Source: Gemmatimonadota bacterium
GTDB lineage: Bacteria > Latescibacterota > UBA2968 > UBA8231
Assembly (NCBI GenBank): GCA_038128265.1
Contig: JAYPJE010000004.1
Coordinates: forward strand, 1-34,670
DNA: 34,670 nucleotides
Direction of reading: 5' to 3'
The position numbers and the translations under genes were made by a program. Shown one piece after another: positions 28,917-34,670 of the stretch. Below the pieces are notes generated by a model. It was given only the letters and a program-made list of their open reading frames with translations, had not been told where the DNA came from and ran no database searches. Position 1 is the first letter of the stretch, and each line of letters opens with the position of its first letter.

Positions 28917-29762
28917 TTATACCACGGTGTTTTCTTCGTCGTAGTAGCGATTCACCCCCGGCTCCTCGCCCATACCGTGCCAGGCACCGCGGAAGAGCGT
29001 TTGCCGCTTGGCCGGCAGCGCCGCAATGACCTCGGCCGGCGGATGCCCTTTGCCCCATTTTGAGTTAACGGTATCGTAGCAGGTGAACAAGCTCAGGCGG
29101 TCGCGCTCTTCGTTGGACCAGCGCTGACCCGTGTGGCACAGCGCCTCGGTGAAAATAACGGCCGAACCAGCCGGACAGGCATAGGTTTCCCACAGCGGAC
29201 TATCGCGGCTGCTCCACTCTTCCGGACGCGGGAACGCCGCCTTGTGGCTGCCCGACAGAAAGAGGGTGCCGCCGTCTCCCTCGCCCACCTCATTGAGTTC
29301 CCATACTACGCGCGTCAATCCGGAGTGAATGCGCCCGGGCTGCATTTGGTAGATATGCGAATTGCCTCTGAAGTTGAAATAGCCCCCGCCCCCGTGCGGG
29401 CCAAAATTATCATTACCGGCCTTGCGATGGCTCGTATAGGTATGATCGTAGCGAAAGCCGTAACACTCCTCTGTGGCCAGCGCCTGATGGGAGAGAATTT
29501 CGTTGAGCACGCCCACGACAATCGGGTGGTCGAGCAGAATCTGCGACGGCCCGCCGTGATTGTCCCGTTCGTCAGGCGGCAGCGCATCGCGCTCATAGAG
29601 AAACTTCATTTGGTGCGCGCGCACGGCTTCGAGCTGCTCGTCGCTCAATAAATTGGGCAAGGCGATCCACCCCTTGACGTCAAAGAGGTACTTCTGTGCA
29701 TCGCTCATCGGCACAACGGCCAGTCCATCGCCATTGGTCGTCGGCAAAAGCTGCGCGCTCAT
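28917..29762 (-). CDS. PhyH-like Fe/2OG oxygenase with atypical H-G-G motif
   Basis: QKYLFDVKGW, LLDHP, PHGGG, VVWEL, GGTLFLSGSHK, FTEALCH, RLSLF. Confidence 0.82.
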   Translation of the reverse strand: MSAQLLPTTNGDGLAVVPMSDAQKYLFDVKGWIALPNLLSDEQLEAVRAHQMKFLYERDALPPDERDNHGGPSQILLDHPIVVGVLNEILSHQALATEECYGFRYDHTYTSHRKAGNDNFGPHGGGGYFNFRGNSHIYQMQPGRIHSGLTRVVWELNEVGEGDGGTLFLSGSHKAAFPRPEEWSSRDSPLWETYACPAGSAVIFTEALCHTGQRWSNEERDRLSLFTCYDTVNSKWGKGHPPAEVIAALPAKRQTLFRGAWHGMGEEPGVNRYYDEENTVV

Positions 29763-29818
29763 ACTCCGTGCTCCTCGTTAGAATTTGTTACGCGCCACGC
29801 GGCGCGAATAGTTGGATA

Positions 29819-30829
29819 TTATGTCTGCCAGTTAAATACGACATTGAGCATATTTTTTTCGCGGCGGTAGGCCATCTCATAGGCTTCGACCATATCGACA
29901 TAGGGCATGCGGTGGCTCACCAGTTGGCTGGGTTTAAGCTTTCCATCGGCCATCAGGTCAAGCATCTGCGCACAGAGCGCATCGGCGCCCAAGCGCGCAT
30001 CCGAACCCGGGTAGAGATCGCCGGCCTTTCCGCTGACGGCTATCAGCGAAATGCCCTTGGCGTAAAACCAACGCATATCGAGCGGATTGCAGTCGAGTGG
30101 GGCCTCGCCGCGACCCGGCAGAGCGACAATGGATACGCGCCCATCTTGGCGCACGACGTCGACGGCCGTGCGATAGGCCGGCCACGGATTGGCGGTTAGA
30201 ATAACCAAGTCAATACCTGCACCCCGCGTCCACTGCTGGAGTTTATCCGTTAAGGCCGCATCATCGGACAGCATCACCTCGTGCGCCCCCATGCGCCGCG
30301 CCATCTCCAGGCGCAGTGGGCTATTACCTAGCGCTACGACACGCGCACCAAAGAGCGGCCCCAGCGCCACGGCGCCCATTCCCAGCACGCCCAATCCGAC
30401 AACGGCCACGCGCTCTCCTGGCACGAAGTGAGCCTTTTGATAGCACAGCGCGCTCAGCGCGTAGAGGTGGGCAAACACGGCGTCCTCCCCATCAACGCCT
30501 TCGGGGACGCGAACGATGGACTCGCCCTCGCGCGCCACGTATTCGGACTGGTGCGGGTAGCGTGAAACTACGCGGTCACCCACCGCAAAGCGACTCACCG
30601 CCGCGCCGACCTTACGCACCACCCCCAAGTTGCTATCGCCTACCCAGCGCGGATAGTCGGGTGCTCCGGGCACGGGCTCGGCCCCCTCGTAGTTGCCGCG
30701 ATCGGTGCCGATCTTAAACCCCGTCACCAGCGTTTCAACCCAGAGCTGATCGTCCTCTAAATTGGATGCGTCGAGAGGATGCTCTTCAATACGCAAATCG
30801 CGCGGGCCGTGCAGCATGGCAATTTTCAT
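29819..30829 (-). CDS. MDR superfamily dehydrogenase lacking canonical Zn ligands
   Basis: GroES-like N-terminus (GPRDLRIEE, VGDRV), Rossmann VVGLGVLG, GIDLVI. Confidence 0.85.
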   Translation of the reverse strand: MKIAMLHGPRDLRIEEHPLDASNLEDDQLWVETLVTGFKIGTDRGNYEGAEPVPGAPDYPRWVGDSNLGVVRKVGAAVSRFAVGDRVVSRYPHQSEYVAREGESIVRVPEGVDGEDAVFAHLYALSALCYQKAHFVPGERVAVVGLGVLGMGAVALGPLFGARVVALGNSPLRLEMARRMGAHEVMLSDDAALTDKLQQWTRGAGIDLVILTANPWPAYRTAVDVVRQDGRVSIVALPGRGEAPLDCNPLDMRWFYAKGISLIAVSGKAGDLYPGSDARLGADALCAQMLDLMADGKLKPSQLVSHRMPYVDMVEAYEMAYRREKNMLNVVFNWQT

Positions 30830-30844
30830 CGGATCGATACTCCC

Positions 30845-32026
30845 TCACTCATCATACGCCGTATAGTCGTCTTCTATGTCATTAACGCGCACCGGCAGAC
30901 CCGCTTCGGCCGAGCGTATAGCCGCCAGCGTGCAGCGCAGCGCTCCGGTGCCTTCGGCCGCGCCGTAACGCACCTCGGTCCCACCCAAGATCGCGTCGAC
31001 CAGATGGTGGATCTGCGCGACGTGCCCGTGACTATAGTAGGCGATATCGGAATCCCACACATCATCGCCCCCTTCGTCAAAGCGAAACGTCTCGCTGGTG
31101 CGCCCGGATCGATGCAGCAGTAAGTGGGTCTGCTCCCCGCCCCATAGCAAATTGTGTCCGCCTTCGCCTAGCACTTCGATCATGCCCTTCTCGCCGCTTA
31201 TCGTCGTGGAAAAACCGCGGCGGTAATCGTACTGGCCGTTGAGTCGCTCCGAGCGCATCCACACGCCCTGACAGCGACCACTGGCGTGTTTCCAGGTTAT
31301 GATGGGTATGTCGACACCGCCGCGCGCATAGGGATCGTGACGCGCGCCGGCATGCCCATCGCCGTTCCGACGACCCTCTGCCCGCACCGCATAGATTTCT
31401 TCAATGGGGTCACCGAGCGCAAAATATTCGGCCGTGGCAAAAAAGTGCACGGCGTGATCGAAGATCCACGGGTGGTTGCCGCCACCCGAGGCACGCCCAT
31501 CAATGCGCCACGTGCGATCGGAAGGTCCCGTATCGATGCGCGGCTGGACGCGCTCGATCCAGTCGCCGTGGCGCTGGCGAATTTGCCGCGGGGAGCCAAT
31601 AGCACCCTCTGCGATCAGCTGATGGGCCTTTTGATGGGCGCTGATAAACACATACGTTTCACCGACAAGAAGCTGCACTCCGCGCGCGCGCGCCGCCCGC
31701 TGCAAGGCAAGCCCCTCACCAACGCTGCGACAAAAGGGCTTCTCGCAGTGGACATGGGCTCCGGCTTCAATCGCTCCGCGTGCCATCGGCGCGTGCAAAA
31801 AGGTCGGCGTGGCAATATCGACCACATCGAGCTGGGCCGAGGCGAGCATTTCAGCGTAGTCGACGTACACCCGATCTACAGAAAACTGCTCGGCAAAGCG
31901 GGCGGCACGCTGGCCATCGCGATCGCACACAGCCACTACCTCGGCCTGCGGATGGCTGGCATAGCCCTTCCAATGCGCCGTCGAGACCAGACCCAAGCCC
32001 ACCATACCTACGCGTAGGGCACCCAT
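30845..32026 (-). CDS. Gfo/Idh/MocA family oxidoreductase
   Basis: VGMVGLG, VVAVCD, IATPTFLH, HVHCEKP, DHAVH. Confidence 0.92.
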   Translation of the reverse strand: MGALRVGMVGLGLVSTAHWKGYASHPQAEVVAVCDRDGQRAARFAEQFSVDRVYVDYAEMLASAQLDVVDIATPTFLHAPMARGAIEAGAHVHCEKPFCRSVGEGLALQRAARARGVQLLVGETYVFISAHQKAHQLIAEGAIGSPRQIRQRHGDWIERVQPRIDTGPSDRTWRIDGRASGGGNHPWIFDHAVHFFATAEYFALGDPIEEIYAVRAEGRRNGDGHAGARHDPYARGGVDIPIITWKHASGRCQGVWMRSERLNGQYDYRRGFSTTISGEKGMIEVLGEGGHNLLWGGEQTHLLLHRSGRTSETFRFDEGGDDVWDSDIAYYSHGHVAQIHHLVDAILGGTEVRYGAAEGTGALRCTLAAIRSAEAGLPVRVNDIEDDYTAYDE

Positions 32027-33907
32027 CTACAGACCGATCTCGTGGCGCAGCGCCTGTGTCGATGCGACCCAATTGCCGACATTCCAGCGCCCAAACGCGC
32101 CGAGCCCACCGAGTGCATTATCGCCGTAGTAGACGGGAACATGTATGAGGGAAAGTCCATCGTAGGCGTGCGCCTTAGCCAGCGCGGATAACAGGTCTTC
32201 CGGCGCGTAGCCACCCGATAGTCCTTGCACACCGTCGATGGAATGAGCCCAGCCCACATAGTCGATCGCGACACCGTCTCGGGTGGCGAAGTCGGCTCCA
32301 TACTGCGCCGTTTGCAACGCGGATATCGCTCCCATGCGCCGATTGTCCAGGAGTAGAATGCAGCCGCGCGCTCCGTGTTCGACCCCGTCTATGAGGATCT
32401 GTGGATTCATGGTAAACGACCCATCACCGCTGAAAGCCAACCCGTAAAAAGGTGCATCAGCCAGCCCCGTAGCCAGCAGGGCCGATGCGGCAAAACCCAT
32501 ATAGCTGGCTCCCGTCTCCGTGAATGTCTGGCCAAGGCGCTCGTCCTCTACAACCTGGAAACCGTTGGCCTGCACGTCGCCGGCGTCGAAAAAAGCGACC
32601 GCACCGACCTCCCGCGCCCACGTGCTGGCGATGTGAATGGCCGCTGGCTGCGTTAGCACCTCCCTTCCCCACGTCTCGTCGTGCAGCACCGGTGCGCGGT
32701 AGCGCGCGCCTTTGAAGGCGTCCCACTCGGCCTTCTTTTGCCCACATCCCTGCAGCCAAGCCGAAGGCTCTTGTCCTCGTTGGGCTCCTTCCGCCCGCAG
32801 CGCCGCGTTGAGCATTTCTATCGTCGAAGCCGCGTCGCCCACTAGCGCAAGCGTGTTCCCGTAGTGGGTTGCCGCTTCGAGGTCGGCGTTGATATTGATA
32901 ACCTGTTGCACCTTCGGGTAACCGGTGCGCGAGCAGTCGGCCTGACAGACAGAGCGCGAACCGATGGCCACCAGCACATCAGCCTGCTCCATCGCATAGT
33001 TGCCGCTAATCGACCCCTTGGATCCCCCCACCGTCATATTGCGCGGGTGCCCGTAGGGCAGGACGCCGGAGACGAGCGGACTGGTGACGGCCACCGCATC
33101 GGCCAAATCGAGCAACGTAGGCAGTGCCTCGGCGCAGCCACGCGCGCCACCGCCCACTTTAACGACGACGCGGCGCGCAGATATCAGCGCGCGGGCCGCG
33201 CGCGCGTAGCGCCCCCCGTCAGCTGCTGCGCCTAACGGCGGCGGGGCACCCTGCGGTAGCTCCCGCATATTGAAGGCGACCATCTCAGCCGGTTGCGTAT
33301 TGAGCGGCAGCAGGAGAAAAAAGGGACTGGCGCGGTGCGGGTGATCGACGGCGTTGAGTCCGCGGCGCAGTGCCGTGGGCAGCGCCTGCGGGGTGTGCAG
33401 TGCGTAGGCCGGACCCGCCGTAGCAAAGAGGTTCAGATAGGCGCCCTGCCCGCCGCTGGGGATCTGCTGCATATTGGGGCCCTCGTCTTCGCTGGTCTCG
33501 TCGCCGAGCAAATACCAAACGCCCAGCCCGTTCGAACGGGGCACAAGAGAGGCCGCCAGCGCCTGCAGCGCACCGGGGCCAATCGAAGTGACGACGGCCG
33601 CCTTCTCGCCCGTTACCCAGCGCAGCGCCACCGCCGCGTGCGAAGCTTCAATTTCGCTGCGCACGCCGCAGACCCGTAGAAGGCCGGCATCGGCGTATAT
33701 GCGCAACACCTCGCCGACTTCGGTCGAGCCGTGTCCCAGTACGCACAGGAAGCGCGTCACGCCCTGGCGCAACAGCCCCAATACCAGCGCTTCTGATACG
33801 GTGAGATCTATCCGCTGCGGTAAGGCACCGCTGGCAAGTGCCCGTTCTAAACTCCCAGCGGCAGCGATTGCAGCAGCGCGGGCTGCGCGTTCTTCCACGG
33901 AATCCAT
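32027..33907 (-). CDS. ThDP-dependent enzyme, divergent IolD-like (cyclic 1,2-dione acylhydrolase)
   Basis: LTVSEALV, GHG, RSE..ASHAA, TSIGPGA, LGD....P.MQQI, SYMGF, ThDP motif GDGSFTM..DNRRMGAI. Confidence 0.8.
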   Translation of the reverse strand: MDSVEERAARAAAIAAAGSLERALASGALPQRIDLTVSEALVLGLLRQGVTRFLCVLGHGSTEVGEVLRIYADAGLLRVCGVRSEIEASHAAVALRWVTGEKAAVVTSIGPGALQALAASLVPRSNGLGVWYLLGDETSEDEGPNMQQIPSGGQGAYLNLFATAGPAYALHTPQALPTALRRGLNAVDHPHRASPFFLLLPLNTQPAEMVAFNMRELPQGAPPPLGAAADGGRYARAARALISARRVVVKVGGGARGCAEALPTLLDLADAVAVTSPLVSGVLPYGHPRNMTVGGSKGSISGNYAMEQADVLVAIGSRSVCQADCSRTGYPKVQQVININADLEAATHYGNTLALVGDAASTIEMLNAALRAEGAQRGQEPSAWLQGCGQKKAEWDAFKGARYRAPVLHDETWGREVLTQPAAIHIASTWAREVGAVAFFDAGDVQANGFQVVEDERLGQTFTETGASYMGFAASALLATGLADAPFYGLAFSGDGSFTMNPQILIDGVEHGARGCILLLDNRRMGAISALQTAQYGADFATRDGVAIDYVGWAHSIDGVQGLSGGYAPEDLLSALAKAHAYDGLSLIHVPVYYGDNALGGLGAFGRWNVGNWVASTQALRHEIGL

Positions 33908-33910
33908 CGT

Positions 33911-34501
33911 CTAGCCTACCAGATGCCTGCGAATACAGTAGGCCACGGCACCGCCCAAGATGCGACTGCCCTCGTCGCTAAAGTGCACGCCGTCTTCGCG
34001 GAGGATGGCGCGCTTGTCCGCCCGCTGAACGACATCGAATAAGTCGTCGATTTCTACTCCCAGCGCCCGGCAGTGTGCCGCCGCGCGCGCGTTATACGCC
34101 TCGACATCGGCTTCAAAGCGATCGAAGCCCTTTTTCGCATGGTGCAATTCCTCATCTACAGGCGTCGTCGATGCCCACAGCACGCACGTCCCTTCCATTG
34201 CCAATAGACGCGTAAGGATCTGTAGCACATTGTCCGCATACGCATCTAGGGGCACCTGGGGCGCACCCGTCGCAAAGTCTTTTTTTAGGTCGTGCAGTCC
34301 GCAGTTAACGTGCACGACGCGCGGATTCCGCTGGAACGCCCATTCGTCCAGGTGAGCCAGCACGTTGCGGCTATCGCCGCCGTTTGCCTGCGGGCTCCAG
34401 ACCTCGGCTTCGCCTTCTAACGCTTCGACCACGGTCTGCTGGTAGCCCATGCGAATAGAATCGCCGATAAGGACTACACCTGGCATTGCACTCTCTGACA
34501 T
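33911..34501 (-). CDS. SGNH/GDSL hydrolase (esterase)
   Basis: IGDSIRMGY, NGGDS, NCGLHD, STTPV, DGVHF; start at 34501 (or 34507/34486). Confidence 0.9.
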   Translation of the reverse strand: MSESAMPGVVLIGDSIRMGYQQTVVEALEGEAEVWSPQANGGDSRNVLAHLDEWAFQRNPRVVHVNCGLHDLKKDFATGAPQVPLDAYADNVLQILTRLLAMEGTCVLWASTTPVDEELHHAKKGFDRFEADVEAYNARAAAHCRALGVEIDDLFDVVQRADKRAILREDGVHFSDEGSRILGGAVAYCIRRHLVG

Positions 34502-34511
34502 GCACACCCCC

Positions 34512-34670
34512 TTAGTTCAGATAGGTATCGACCACTGCGCGCGTGTCGGCCAAGCCCTGCCACTCGTCGCCGGGGCTGGAAAAAATCAGCGAGTAGGGGC
34601 CGGCAAAACCCGCAGCCTGCGTCAGATCCAGGCAGCGAGAAAAATCGGCGCGATCCATACGGCCCTCTTC
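34512..34670 (-). CDS. C-terminal fragment of a xylose-isomerase-like TIM-barrel protein (continues beyond window)
   Basis: My translation: EEGRMDRADFSRCLDLTQAAGFAGPYSLIFSSPGDEWQGLADTRAVVDTYLN*. The G..D....L...GF.G..SL pattern is typical of the last strand/helix of this fold. Confidence 0.6.
   Translation of the reverse strand, partial: EEGRMDRADFSRCLDLTQAAGFAGPYSLIFSSPGDEWQGLADTRAVVDTYLN

Noticed and set aside
29791..29806. CGCGCC-ACGC-GGCGCG hairpin between the MDR and PhyH genes
   Set aside because: Only 6 bp with no T tract; insufficient to call a terminator
1..34670. Wholesale TAG recoding, CRISPR arrays, tRNA/rRNA, IS or prophage
   Set aside because: TAG ends conserved genes at their expected lengths and never interrupts a domain; no spaced repeats, RNA-gene patterns or transposase/integrase motifs were seen, and intergenic gaps are short

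Overview
Gene-dense, GC-rich bacterial chromosomal window with 30 complete CDSs and 1 partial CDS. I found no rRNA, tRNA, CRISPR array or mobile element. A few housekeeping genes (polA, class II fbaA, glnB-type P-II, ltaE, a divergent purF-like gene, an ABC-2 exporter) sit among many catabolic genes of unknown substrate. These include three PhyH-family Fe/2OG dioxygenases, two creatininase-family hydrolases, a DUF6785-type membrane protein, a ceramidase-like hydrolase, a rhamnose-mutarotase-like protein, SDR/MDR/Gfo-Idh-MocA dehydrogenases, a lactonase-like amidohydrolase and a divergent IolD-like ThDP enzyme. This repertoire suggests a Latescibacterota/Poribacteria-like heterotroph (inference only). 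The best leads are: (1) a putative cyclitol/ketosugar ring-cleavage operon ending in a PhyH protein whose HxD iron motif is H-G-G, which is halogenase-like; (2) an extended BpsA-like (branched-polyamine synthase family) gene coupled to a PhyH gene; (3) a cytoplasmic PL2 pectate-lyase-like gene abutting fbaA; (4) a creatininase-SDR-mutarotase-PhyH operon divergent from a 711-aa unknown protein with a near-consensus promoter; (5) heavy TAG stop usage with several in-frame stop/start junctions. All family calls come from motif recognition by eye; no database searches were run.
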